A stretch of DNA of 62,947 nt, filler included, from Actinomycetota bacterium (GTDB taxonomy: Bacteria; Actinomycetota; Acidimicrobiia; IMCC26256; VFJJ01): NCBI GenBank assembly GCA_009886115.1. It is 5 parts of 5 records of this genome, joined end to end, with 100 filler letters (N's around TTAATTAATTAA, not from the genome) between each part and the next. Parts side by side here need not be neighbours in the genome. Positions count along the whole stretch, not along the records: positions 23,072 to 48,251 come from VFJJ01000044.1; positions 48,352 to 58,279 come from VFJJ01000136.1; 3 more parts are not named here. One strand, given 5' to 3'. Position numbers and translations under genes: made by a program. The notes below the pieces were generated by a model that ran no database searches, had not been told where the DNA came from, and worked only from the letters and a program-made list of their open reading frames with translations. This document shows, piece after piece, positions 45,352-54,837 of the stretch (position 1 is the stretch's first letter; each line of letters opens with the position of its first letter).

Positions 45352-46143
45352 GTGCTTCGGTGGATCACGCGTGAGGTTCCGTCCTGGTTGACGGTCTGCC
45401 TCGCCATGACCGTCGCCGTGGGATTCGCGGTGACGCTCCAGGGACTGGCGAAGCGCATCGTGCCCCGGCTCAGCACCGGCGAGCACAACGAGGTGGCCGG
45501 GTACCTCATCGCCGTGGTCGGCGTGTTGTACGCCGTGATCGCCGGCTTCGTCCTGATCGGCCTCTGGGAGGACTTCGAGGAAGCTCGTCGGGGCGTCGAA
45601 ACGGAGGCTGCTGCTGTGGCTGATCTCGTCGACGACTCGCTGGTGTTCGGCCCGGTCGGCCACGAGCAGGTGCGGGTGGCGGCCCTGGCCTACGCCGAGG
45701 AGCTCGTCGAGGTGGAGTGGCCGGCCATGGAAACAGGGGACCACAGCGACCGCGCCGACGACCTGTTCGAGGAGCTTCGGAGCCTCGTGGTGTCGACCGA
45801 GCCGATCGGATCCGTGCAGGAGCTCGTCTTCGCGCAACAGCTCGACGACCTCGAGGATGCCGGCGATCTCCGACGTTCGCGCCTGATCGCGAACGAGCAT
45901 GGCCTTCCGGGGCCGCTGTGGTTCGTGCTGGTCGTCGGCGGCACGGTGACCGTGGGGTTCGCGCTGTTGTTCGGGCTGCGCGATCAGCGGATGCACTTCG
46001 TGATGGTCGGCTCGACCGCGGCGATGATCGCGCTCACCATCGCCGTCGCGGCATTGCTCGACGCCCCGTTCGTCGGTGACCTCTCCGTCCGGCCCACGGG
46101 ATTCGACGAGCTCCGGGGCGCGCTCTCCGCGCCCGCACCTTGA
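45352..46143 (+). CDS. DUF4239-like (bestrophin-like) membrane protein
   Basis: HNEVAG...VGVLYAVIAGFV...EA...EWPAM...RRSR...LP..LW...LDAPFVGDLSV. Confidence 0.75.
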   Translation: MLRWITREVPSWLTVCLAMTVAVGFAVTLQGLAKRIVPRLSTGEHNEVAGYLIAVVGVLYAVIAGFVLIGLWEDFEEARRGVETEAAAVADLVDDSLVFGPVGHEQVRVAALAYAEELVEVEWPAMETGDHSDRADDLFEELRSLVVSTEPIGSVQELVFAQQLDDLEDAGDLRRSRLIANEHGLPGPLWFVLVVGGTVTVGFALLFGLRDQRMHFVMVGSTAAMIALTIAVAALLDAPFVGDLSVRPTGFDELRGALSAPAP

Positions 46144-46160
46144 ACACGGGTGCGCCGAAG

Positions 46161-46964
46161 ATGACGATGCTCGCGACCTCGATCGTCTCGAGCCCGTCCT
46201 GGGTCGTCGTGCTCGTGGCGCTCGTCGCCAGTGGTGCCACGGTGTTCTGCGCCCGACACGCGGTTCGCTGGGCGGCCGGATCGGGTGCGGTCGCGTTGGT
46301 TGGCTCCATCGCCGGGCCGTTGATGCCGGCGCTCGGAGCGGGCTTCGCTGTGCTGGCTGCAGTCACGGTCTCAGCCGAGGCGACCGACGTGCGCGCCGCC
46401 CGCGTCGTCGTGGCCGCCGAGGCAACCGCTGGTGCCCGTCTGGCGTGGGCGTCGACCACGCCGGGCGTCGAGGGGGCCGCGATCAGAGATGCGCTGAGCG
46501 GGCATCTCGAGGTGACCCTCGACGAGGAGTGGGAGGGGCCGTCAACGGGCCAGGATGGATCGGTTGCAGGTCGAGCGGCGCTCCAACGGCTGGAGCAGGT
46601 GGTGCGCGACGAAGCCGCCGACGCTCGCTTACCCGCGCCGGTCGTAACCGAGCTGCTCGGTGCTGTCGACGCCGTCGCCGGGGCTCGGCGAGAGCGGCTC
46701 GCCGCTGCGGCCGACGGCCTGCCCGGTCTGTACCTCGCCACCCTGGCCATCAGTGGACTCGCGCTGGTGGCGAACGCCGCTGCGCTCACGGTCTCGGCTC
46801 GGCGCCGCCTGGTCGGCCTTGTCGCCGGGCTGGCGGTCACGGTCTCGCTGACGATGGCGCTGCTGGTTGCGCTGGCCGCTCCCTTCGAGGGTCCGATGGC
46901 GGTTCGGCCCGGCCCGATCCAGACGGTCGTCGACGATCTGCGGGCGGGTCTGTTCCAGCCCTGA
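46161..46964 (+). CDS. Second DUF4239-like membrane protein
   Basis: Same topology as upstream gene: EEW, RRERL, LP, LAAPFEGPMAV. Confidence 0.65.
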   Translation: MTMLATSIVSSPSWVVVLVALVASGATVFCARHAVRWAAGSGAVALVGSIAGPLMPALGAGFAVLAAVTVSAEATDVRAARVVVAAEATAGARLAWASTTPGVEGAAIRDALSGHLEVTLDEEWEGPSTGQDGSVAGRAALQRLEQVVRDEAADARLPAPVVTELLGAVDAVAGARRERLAAAADGLPGLYLATLAISGLALVANAAALTVSARRRLVGLVAGLAVTVSLTMALLVALAAPFEGPMAVRPGPIQTVVDDLRAGLFQP

Positions 46965-47056
46965 GCACCCGAGCTCCGTCGTCGCCCTCCGGGTGAGCTC
47001 GCTGGCGCGGCCCGATCCGAGCACGCGGGGCCGGGCACCGAATAGCGTCAGCGCCG

Positions 47057-48217
47057 ATGAGCGACAAGGCCGACGCACTCACCCCGTTCCGTGTTGCCGT
47101 CCCCGAGGCCGTCATCGAGGACCTGCTCGACCGGCTCGCGCGAACCCGGTGGCCCGACCAGATACCGGGGAGCGGGTGGAGCTACGGGACCGATCTCTCG
47201 TACCTCCGGGACCTGTGCGACCACTGGCGCACCACGTACGACTGGCGGGCTGCGGAGGCGAAGATCAACGCCTTCCCTCAGTTCACCACCACGATCGACG
47301 GGGCCAACGTGCACTTCCTGCACGTGCGCTCCCGCGAGCCCGGTGCCCTGCCGTTGATCATCACCCACGGCTGGCCCGGCTCGATCGTCGAGTTCCTCGA
47401 GATCATCGGACCGCTCGTCGATCCCCGTGCGCACGGCGGCGATCCGGCCGACGCTTTTCACGTGGTGTGCCCGTCGATTCCCGGCTATGGATTCTCAGGA
47501 CCCACCCACGATCCCGGCTGGGACATCGGACGGGTCGCGTTGGCGTTCAAGGAGCTCATGGCGCGACTGGGCTACGACCGCTATGGGGCCCAGGGCGGCG
47601 ACTGGGGCTCGATGATCTCGCGCACGCTCGCCGTCATCGACGCCGAGCACATGGTGGGCGTGCACCTGAACATGCTGGTGGCGTTCCCGTCGGGCGAGCC
47701 GGGCGAGCTCGAGGGTCTCACTCCCGACGAGCTCGATCGGCTGCAGGACGGGGCCCGCTACGAGGCCGACGGTGCCGGGTACTCGAAGATCCAGGGCACC
47801 CGTCCCCAGACGTTGTCGTACGGGCTCACCGACTCGCCCGCCGGACAGCTCGCCTGGATCGCCGAGAAGTTCCGGGAGTGGACCGACTGCGGCGGCGACC
47901 CCGAGTCGGCGATCGCCCGAGACGTATTGCTCACCAACGTGACGGTCTACTGGGTGACCGCCACGGCGGGATCGTCGGCGCGCATGTACTACGAGACCTT
48001 CCGCTCTTCGGCCTTGCGCACGTTCGAACCCTCGACGGTGCCGACGGGCGTGGCGGTGTTCCCGAAGGAGATCTTCCGGCCCGTGCGTCGGTTCGCGGAG
48101 CGCCTCAACCCCATCGTGCACTGGTCGGAGTTCTCGCAGGGCGGCCACTTCGCCGCCATGGAGCAGGGCCCCGTGCTCGTCGACGACGTCCGCACCTTCT
48201 TCCGCCTCGTCCGCTAG
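47057..48217 (+). CDS. Epoxide hydrolase (microsomal EH / EHN type)
   Basis: YDWRAAE, HGWPGS, GGDWGS, GGHFAAME. Confidence 0.93.
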   Translation: MSDKADALTPFRVAVPEAVIEDLLDRLARTRWPDQIPGSGWSYGTDLSYLRDLCDHWRTTYDWRAAEAKINAFPQFTTTIDGANVHFLHVRSREPGALPLIITHGWPGSIVEFLEIIGPLVDPRAHGGDPADAFHVVCPSIPGYGFSGPTHDPGWDIGRVALAFKELMARLGYDRYGAQGGDWGSMISRTLAVIDAEHMVGVHLNMLVAFPSGEPGELEGLTPDELDRLQDGARYEADGAGYSKIQGTRPQTLSYGLTDSPAGQLAWIAEKFREWTDCGGDPESAIARDVLLTNVTVYWVTATAGSSARMYYETFRSSALRTFEPSTVPTGVAVFPKEIFRPVRRFAERLNPIVHWSEFSQGGHFAAMEQGPVLVDDVRTFFRLVR

Positions 48218-48251
48218 CTCCCCCCACCCCCACCCCACCCCACCCCACCCC

Positions 48252-48351
48252 NNNNNNNNNNNNNNNNNNNNNNNNNNNNNNNNNNNNNNNNNNNNTTAAT
48301 TAATTAANNNNNNNNNNNNNNNNNNNNNNNNNNNNNNNNNNNNNNNNNNNN
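48252..48351. other. Artificial contig spacer
   Basis: N-run + TTAATTAATTAA + N-run. Confidence 0.98.
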
Positions 48352-48633
48352 CGGGAGATCGCCCAGATGCAGCCCGTGCTCGCTCTCGGCGTCGACGATG
48401 TAGAGGACGGGTCCGCTGAACGAATGCCGGGGAATCACCCACCAGGCGGTCAGCGCCACGAGCGCGAGCGCCGACACGGCCCGGACGCCGAGCAGCATGC
48501 TCGCCGGCAGGCGGTCGAGCATGCGGGCGAGCATGCGGGCGAGCCCGACCTCGACGCCGCGGGCGATGTCGGCGTCGCCTCCGCCGGGGCTCGACGCCGG
48601 ACGCTCGACGGTCGACGGGACGCGAGGGCTCAT
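48352..48633 (-). CDS. Hypothetical membrane protein (3' truncated)
   Basis: ATG-initiated ORF with one TM and GPVL...HGLHLGDLP, running into the spacer. Confidence 0.5.
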
Positions 48634-48706
48634 GCGGTTCGCGATGGCGCGTCCGGCTCGCGGCTTGCGGGCCGGGCTCGTCGGCCCACCCGTCGGGGCA
48701 CGATGG

Positions 48707-51700
48707 TCACGGCGGCGGCGTCGGCGCTTCCGTCGGCTCGGGGGGCGTCGGCGTTGGCGCTTCCGTCGGCTCGGGGGGCAGCGGCGGCGAGGGCGAGTCG
48801 ACGTGGGGTGCCGTTCCGGGCGACAGCGCGTCGGTGGAGGCTGCCGGCAGATCGGTCACCACGGTTCCCGGGGCGCCCGGAGCCGAGCCGGGCCTGGTGA
48901 CGGTGGCGCCGCTGCCTGCCGGCGAGCCCTGACCCACGCCGGCGCTGGTGAGTGTCGTCGCCGTCGTGGTGGACGCCGATCTCGAACCCGACGAACCCGC
49001 CCCGGCACCGTCACCCGGTGAGGCACTCGACGGGGAAGCGCCGGAAAGGTCGAGCCTGATCACGCGTCGGCCGGCGAAATCGTTCCACCACAGGATCGAA
49101 CCGGTGAGCTCGAGCTGCGATCCCGCGGCCATGCCGTCGCCGGGTGCGGTCGCCGTCACCTCGCGCCCGGGACCCGTCGAGAGCCGCTGGAGCCCGGCAC
49201 CTTCGGCCAGGCCGACCCACAGGCCGTCGGCCGACGGTCGGATGGCCACGGGGGTGCCGTCGATCCGGATCGTCTCGACGATGGTGAGGAGGAAGGGGTC
49301 GATGCGAACGATCGTGGCCGCGTCGGAATCGACGATCCAGACGCCGTCGCCGTCGACGACGAGTGCGGTCGGACGTCCGCCGAGCTCGAGCCGTCCGTCG
49401 ACCTGGTCGGCCGGGACGGCCACGCGCAGCAGCGTCCCCGTGCCGGGGTTGAGGGTCCAGATCACACCCCGGCCCGGATCGGCAGCCAGACGGGTGAAGC
49501 CGTCGCCGATCTGGATGCGTCGGCGTCCACCGCCGATGTCGTCGGCCGACAGGGCCGTGAGATCGCGGTTGTGCACCCACCACAGGCGGCCGTCGAGCAC
49601 CTCCATGGTCTGGGGGCCCCCGGTCAGCGAGAAGCGTCGGTCGACCGCGGCCGTGGCCGCATCGAGGCGAACCAGGCCTCCGTTGGTGAGCGACACCCAG
49701 GTGAAACCTCCGCCCGTGGCGAGTCCGGCGATGTCGCCGCTCAGGCGATCGCTGGTGATGACCGTCGAGGTGGTGGGATCGATGCGAGACACGGTGCGGT
49801 CACCGAGGTTGGCGAGCCACAGGGCCCCGTCGCCCGTACGCAGCAGAGCTGGTTGCTGACCCACCTCGATGGTTGACACCGCCGCAGCCGGGAGTACCAC
49901 CGGGCCCGTGGGTTCGGGCGTCGTGGCGGTCGGGGCGGCGGTGGTGGTGCCGGCACTGCGTGGCGTGTTGCCCGGGGGCGCCGACGGCGGGGTCGTGGCT
50001 TCGACGGTGGCTGTGGCCGAAGCGCCCGAGCCCGGGGCCGTCGCGATCGTGGTTTCGGGCCGGGTCTGCGGCTCGTTGCCCCCCCGGATGAGGTCGGTGA
50101 CGACGAACGCGAGGGGAACAGCCGCAACGGCCAGGGCGACGGCCACGATGTTGCGCGTCATGCGTCGACGGTGGGTCTCGGGAACCGTCGCTGGCGCGGC
50201 TTCGAGAGCCTCGGCCGTGGCCTGGGCCGCACTGGGTGACGTCCACGCCGCCGGGAGCGTCTCGATCGGCAGCGGCTCGGGGGTGCTGAGGCCGAGCTCG
50301 GTCTGCGGACCGATGACGATCGGCCCGAACGTGGCGGTCCCGTTCTCCCCGAAGGGATCGCGGGCCGGCTCGGGTGGTGCCAGGGCCGGGACGGGGGCGG
50401 CGTCGGGCGCCGCGACCTCGACCCCGGAGGAGGAGGCGTCGGCGGCGGGGGCGGACGGCGGTGCGGCCGATTCCGTGGGTGCCGTGGCCTCGGACGCCGG
50501 TGTTGTCGTCTCAGCGGGCGCCGCGGCCTCGGCTGGCCCCGGCGCGGGGGCTTCGGGGGGCGCACCGGCCGCCCCGGCAGCCGCATCGGTCCCGGTCCCG
50601 GTCCCGGCAGCCGCATCCGTCTCGGTCCCGGCAGCCGCATCCGTCTCGGTCCCGGTCTCGGTCCCGGTCTCGGCCCCGGAGGTCCAGATCAGCTCGTTGG
50701 TGGGCGTCCATCCGCCCCAGCTCTGCAGCCCCGGGGCGGTGTCGACGCTGGCCGTCCAACGCCCTTCGTCGATCGCGTCGGATGCGGTCGGGGCCCCGTG
50801 GCCGCCCGTGTACGTGGGGGTCACGTCGAGATCGAGCTCGAACTCGATGCGCTGCAGCTCCTTGGCCGCGGCTGCTGCCGTCGGACCGGCGACGCCCCAC
50901 AGCCAGGCCGCCTCGACGGGAGCGGCTCCAGTCTCGTCGACGGGTCGGACAGCGATCAGGCGCTCGATGAGATCGAGGAGTCGTGACGGGATGTCGAGCG
51001 AGAGCGTCCCGCCACCCTCGTCTCCCGCCGCGATCATGCCCGACGTGCCGCCGCTGAGCAGCGTCCACAAGGTGACGCCGAGATCGGCGAGGTCGCCCGG
51101 ACGCGACGGATGCCCGTCGAGCCCCATCCGGCGGCCGAACACCGCAGCTCCGAGACCGAGCCCGGCGAGCTTGAGGCTGCCCGTCCGGTCGAGGCGGAGG
51201 AGGTGGGGGTGGAGCCCACCATGGCTGACCTCGGCCCGGTGCGCCGCGTCGAGCGCGTCGGCGATCTGCACGCCGTAGTGCACGACCTCCGACCACGGCA
51301 ACGCACCGGCAGAGGCGATCCGTCCTCCCAGCGAGCCGAACGGGAGGTACTCGCTGACGAGGTACCCCCCGCCCCCGTCGAGGAGGCCGGCGTCGTGGAG
51401 CGGCTGGATGTGGGGGTGCCACGAGAGCGTCGAGATGATCGGCCGGCGGTTGAGGAACTCGACGAAGCGGCGATCGTCGAGCGCGGGCGCGGTGAGGATC
51501 GTGAGCTGGACCAGTCGCTGCAGGTCGTGGTGCCACGCCCGGTAGACGACGGTGCCCGAGCCCCGGTCGATCTCGACGAGATCGGAGCAGCCGCCGAGGC
51601 GCGGCCCGGGGAGCGGCGGGAGCGGGAGGCGGACGAGCCCTCGCGAGGTGGCGGGGTCGTCGGACCCCGGCATCGCCGCGGCCCGGAGGGCCATGGCCAA

Positions 51701-51964
51701 CGCCGTGGCGGGTCGGCGGACGGCCAGCAGTGACGAGGCATCGAGGCCAGGCCCGGCCCCGAGCTCAGCCGGTGGGGAAGGGGGAGCGGGACTGGTTGCG
51801 GCGGTGGGTTCGGTCGGGGAGTCCGCGAGCGTGTGCTGCAACGGAGGCAACGGAGGCAACGGAGGCAGCGGCGGCAGCGCCGGCGGAGCCCCGGGGGCGG
51901 CGGTCGTCTCGTGGGGTTCGTGCTGCAGGGTCACGTCGAGCCTCGGGGGTTCGCTCGGGAGCAC
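48707..51964 (-). CDS. Receptor-like Ser/Thr pseudokinase: degenerate kinase, linker, TM, extracellular beta-propeller
   Basis: HPHIQPLHDAG, YLVSEYLPFGSL, IADALDAAH kinase scaffold; TM NIVAVALAVAAVPLAFVV; repeated LW.../IDP propeller blades; start uncertain. Confidence 0.8.
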   Translation of the reverse strand: MLPSEPPRLDVTLQHEPHETTAAPGAPPALPPLPPLPPLPPLQHTLADSPTEPTAATSPAPPSPPAELGAGPGLDASSLLAVRRPATALAMALRAAAMPGSDDPATSRGLVRLPLPPLPGPRLGGCSDLVEIDRGSGTVVYRAWHHDLQRLVQLTILTAPALDDRRFVEFLNRRPIISTLSWHPHIQPLHDAGLLDGGGGYLVSEYLPFGSLGGRIASAGALPWSEVVHYGVQIADALDAAHRAEVSHGGLHPHLLRLDRTGSLKLAGLGLGAAVFGRRMGLDGHPSRPGDLADLGVTLWTLLSGGTSGMIAAGDEGGGTLSLDIPSRLLDLIERLIAVRPVDETGAAPVEAAWLWGVAGPTAAAAAKELQRIEFELDLDVTPTYTGGHGAPTASDAIDEGRWTASVDTAPGLQSWGGWTPTNELIWTSGAETGTETGTETDAAAGTETDAAAGTGTGTDAAAGAAGAPPEAPAPGPAEAAAPAETTTPASEATAPTESAAPPSAPAADASSSGVEVAAPDAAPVPALAPPEPARDPFGENGTATFGPIVIGPQTELGLSTPEPLPIETLPAAWTSPSAAQATAEALEAAPATVPETHRRRMTRNIVAVALAVAAVPLAFVVTDLIRGGNEPQTRPETTIATAPGSGASATATVEATTPPSAPPGNTPRSAGTTTAAPTATTPEPTGPVVLPAAAVSTIEVGQQPALLRTGDGALWLANLGDRTVSRIDPTTSTVITSDRLSGDIAGLATGGGFTWVSLTNGGLVRLDAATAAVDRRFSLTGGPQTMEVLDGRLWWVHNRDLTALSADDIGGGRRRIQIGDGFTRLAADPGRGVIWTLNPGTGTLLRVAVPADQVDGRLELGGRPTALVVDGDGVWIVDSDAATIVRIDPFLLTIVETIRIDGTPVAIRPSADGLWVGLAEGAGLQRLSTGPGREVTATAPGDGMAAGSQLELTGSILWWNDFAGRRVIRLDLSGASPSSASPGDGAGAGSSGSRSASTTTATTLTSAGVGQGSPAGSGATVTRPGSAPGAPGTVVTDLPAASTDALSPGTAPHVDSPSPPLPPEPTEAPTPTPPEPTEAPTPPP

Positions 51965-52248
51965 GTCGGCAGACGCCGTCCCGTCTCCAGCTTCGGGAGG
52001 TCGATCACCATGATCGCAGGCTCGTCCAGCCCTTCGCAGGGCGGGTGTGCTCCGAACGGCACGACAATCCCATTCGCGCCCGATGTCCCCCTGATCCTCC
52101 CAGGGTCGCGGCGCCGTTCACGGCAGCTGGCGGGGTGTTTCCCCCCAGGGTATCGAGGCGCGTCGACATTGCGAAGATTTAGGGACAGCGCAGCACCCGC
52201 GAGGGTTGGCCCCACGTACCTTCGCTTCGTGACCATGTCTCGCGAGGA

Positions 52249-52884
52249 GTGCTGACCGTGGCGCTCGGAGCCGAGTTCCCCGAGGTGTTGGCGGCGGCTC
52301 AGACCGGGGCCGACTGGGCGGTCGCTGTCATCTACCGCGACGTGAACCCCTTGCTCGTGCGATACCTGCGGGCCCGCGCCCCGTCGGTGGCCGAGGATCT
52401 GGCATCGGAGGTCTGGCTGGCCGCCGCACCCAAGCTCGCCGGCTTCACGGGCGACGAGAGCGGTCTGCGGGCCTGGTTGTTCACGATCGCCAGACGGCGT
52501 CTGGTCGACCATCGGCGTCGAACCGGGCGGCGCCCGTCGACACCGCACGATCCGGCGACGATCTCGTTGCTCGAGGGCTCGCGGCCGGAGGGTCCGTTCG
52601 TTGGCGGCGCTGGCGCCCGTGGCTCCGATCCTGCCGACACGGTGGTCACCCGGCTCTCGGCCCAGGAGTCGGTCGACCTGTTGACCCGCTGGCTCACCGA
52701 CGACCAGGCCGAGGTCGTGATGCTGCGGGTGATCGCCGGCCTCGAGGTGGCCGAGGTGGCCGAGGTGGCCGAGGTGATGGGTCGGGCGAAGGGGTGGGTC
52801 AGGGTCACCCAACACCGGGCGCTCGAGCGCCTCGCCGAGCGCTTGGCCCCCGAGGTCGCCGGCGCCACGTCGAGAAGGTTGTAA
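52249..52884 (+). CDS. ECF sigma factor
   Basis: AEDLASEVW, RAWLFTIARRRLVD, QAEVVMLRVIAGL, VRVTQHRALERL; GAGGAG RBS. Confidence 0.9.
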   Translation: MLTVALGAEFPEVLAAAQTGADWAVAVIYRDVNPLLVRYLRARAPSVAEDLASEVWLAAAPKLAGFTGDESGLRAWLFTIARRRLVDHRRRTGRRPSTPHDPATISLLEGSRPEGPFVGGAGARGSDPADTVVTRLSAQESVDLLTRWLTDDQAEVVMLRVIAGLEVAEVAEVAEVMGRAKGWVRVTQHRALERLAERLAPEVAGATSRRL

Positions 52885-52908
52885 CGCGATGGATGCCGCC
52901 GACGATGA
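52880..52908 (+). promoter_or_regulatory. Putative ECF promoter (GTAAC...CGAT) at the sigma gene 3' end
   Basis: GTAACG-N16-CGATGA resembles actinobacterial SigD/BldN-type promoters; in-frame GTG at 52916 would give a leaderless mRNA. Confidence 0.35.
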
Positions 52909-53941
52909 AGGGCATGTGTTGCACCGATTCCCGCCCGATGAGAACACCGTCGACCGGTTGTTGTCGGGCGCGATCCATCCCGACGACGCTCCGCCGGAGC
53001 TGGCCCTGGTGGCCGAGCTGCTGCGCAGTGCCGTGGGGCCGGCGACCTTCGACGAGCTGCGCGACGAGCGTTCGATCGTCGACTCGATCACCGCGGCCAT
53101 CGCCCACGGCGTCGGCCCGGATGAGCGAGACCTCGCCGGGGTCGGGGCCGCCGTTGGGGACGGTGGGGCCGAGGCCGCCGACCAGGTGCGACACGAGCCT
53201 GTGTTCCAGTCACCGTCACGGAGGATGTCCATGCTGAAGTCGTTGATCGTCGGAAAGATCGCCATCGCGTCCACGGTCGGGGTCATCGCCCTGTCGACCG
53301 TCGCAGCAGCTGCGGGCACGCTGCCCGATCCGGTGCAGGGCGTGATGTCGAGCGCGTTCTCGCACGTGGGTGTGTCGTTGCCCGATCCCGATGCCGAGCT
53401 CGAGCTGGTCGTCGACGGCGACGGCGAAGGCGATTCCGAGGTGTCGCAGGAGTCGGAGGAGTCGACCTCGACCACGGCGGCGACCACGGCCACGTCGGCC
53501 ACCACGGCCGCGACGGCGACGACTGCGACGACTGCGACGACGGTGGCGACGTCGACCACCGCGGCCACCACCTCGACCACGAAGCCGATGGAGGCCGGGG
53601 GCAGCGCCTCGACGCCCACGACCAAGCACGACGACCGCGATAAGGACGAGGACGAGGAGGGGCGCTCGTTGTCGCAGACCACGAGCGCGACCGGTTCGCA
53701 GGTGAGCGGTCCCCAGACCACCGGGCCTCAGACCCAGGGCGACTACGGCGGCTTCGCCCGGCGCAAGATCTGCACCGAGCTCAAGCGCACCGATCTGACC
53801 CCCGAGAAGCGGGCCATCCTCGAGTCCGATCTCCTCATCGCCGCGGCCCGTGACGGCGAGACCCCCGAGGCGTTCTGCGCCGACCCGAGGGCCCAGGCGG
53901 ATTCGTCGAGCTCGACCACCACGACCATCGTCGTCACCTGA
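52889..53941 (+). CDS. Single-TM sigma partner (probable anti-sigma) with Thr-rich extracellular region
   Basis: DENTVDRLLSG N-terminus, TM followed by AAAAGTLPDPVQ, poly-Thr linker, C-terminal Cys pair; start may be 52916. Confidence 0.65.
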   Translation: MDAADDEGHVLHRFPPDENTVDRLLSGAIHPDDAPPELALVAELLRSAVGPATFDELRDERSIVDSITAAIAHGVGPDERDLAGVGAAVGDGGAEAADQVRHEPVFQSPSRRMSMLKSLIVGKIAIASTVGVIALSTVAAAAGTLPDPVQGVMSSAFSHVGVSLPDPDAELELVVDGDGEGDSEVSQESEESTSTTAATTATSATTAATATTATTATTVATSTTAATTSTTKPMEAGGSASTPTTKHDDRDKDEDEEGRSLSQTTSATGSQVSGPQTTGPQTQGDYGGFARRKICTELKRTDLTPEKRAILESDLLIAAARDGETPEAFCADPRAQADSSSSTTTTIVVT

Positions 53942-54118
53942 GCTCAAGCCCAGGCTCGACCGAAGCAGACCCCTCCCTTGGGGGAGGTGGTTACGTCTCC
54001 GGGGCATCCGAACGACCATGGATGGTCGCTCCGATGGATGCGCGAGCAGGGACGAACCGACGGGCGGACGTCCGCGAGACCACGCACGGCGCCGATAGTG
54101 ACGGGCAGAACAACATCC

Positions 54119-54147
54119 TTGACGCGTCATCTCCGTCATGGCATCAT
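54119..54147 (+). promoter_or_regulatory. Housekeeping-sigma promoter with overlapping palindromic operator for the TA operon
   Basis: TTGACG-N17-CATCAT with TGn extension; perfect palindrome TGACGCGTCA at 54120-54129; ATG 54154 lies 6 nt past the -10. Confidence 0.55.
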
Positions 54148-54153
54148 CGGTCC

Positions 54154-54837
54154 ATGGTCAGCGTTCTTGGTGTGGTCGTGTTCCACGAGGACGCCGACGA
54201 GAGCCGCACGGGCGCCGGGGCCGGCATCGCACCCGCCGGTCCCAGCGGCGAGGCCCGCGCGATCGGTGTCGTCCGGGCAGCTCTGGCGGGCGTTCCCGGA
54301 GTGCGCCTGGAGCCGGTGGCCGGAAGCGAGCGCTTCGCCAGCCTGGTCGAGACCCTGTCGCCGTCATACGTGCCCGGCCCAGGGTTCGTCGCGCAGGCGC
54401 TCCGCAACGCCCGGGCCCGCGTGGAGTTCCTCGACGCGTGGGCTCCGCTCACGGCCGAGCAGGTGGCCGAGCTGGCCGGTTCTGCCGCCGGCAACCGTCG
54501 GGCCACAGCGCACCGATGGCGAGAGCAGGGTGCGATCTTCGCCGTCGAGCACCAGCAACGGGCGTTGTTTCCCAGCTTCGAGTTCGACATCGGCACCGGG
54601 CGCCCGAAGCCGGCCATCCGGTCGATCCTCGCCGAGCTGCCGCCTGCGCTCGTGGAGGCCGGCTGGCAGCTCGCGTTCTGGTTCACGACCCCGGCAGACG
54701 TGCTCGACGGGCACCGGCCGGTCGATGTGCTCGACGCCGATCCCGACGCCGTCATCGACGCGGCCCGAGCCGAGCGCCGCGACTGGGACGATACGGCCGG
54801 GGCCACGGCACTCGAGCCTCCCCACGTCTCGGTGTGA
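54154..54837 (+). CDS. Antitoxin, Xre/MbcA-like (HTH plus C-terminal toxin-binding domain)
   Basis: LTAEQVAELAG...AHRW...IFAV...FPSFEF...GWQLAFWFTTP..LDG.RP.D pattern; coupled to the RES gene. Confidence 0.75.
   Translation: MVSVLGVVVFHEDADESRTGAGAGIAPAGPSGEARAIGVVRAALAGVPGVRLEPVAGSERFASLVETLSPSYVPGPGFVAQALRNARARVEFLDAWAPLTAEQVAELAGSAAGNRRATAHRWREQGAIFAVEHQQRALFPSFEFDIGTGRPKPAIRSILAELPPALVEAGWQLAFWFTTPADVLDGHRPVDVLDADPDAVIDAARAERRDWDDTAGATALEPPHVSV

Noticed and set aside
51965..52248. Small hairpins in the pseudokinase-sigma intergenic region as a riboswitch
   Set aside because: I could not match the conserved cores of c-di-AMP, c-di-GMP or other known riboswitches by eye
53972..53987. CCTCCC-ttgg-GGGAGG hairpin as a terminator
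   Set aside because: Only a 6-bp stem and no U-tract; too weak to call
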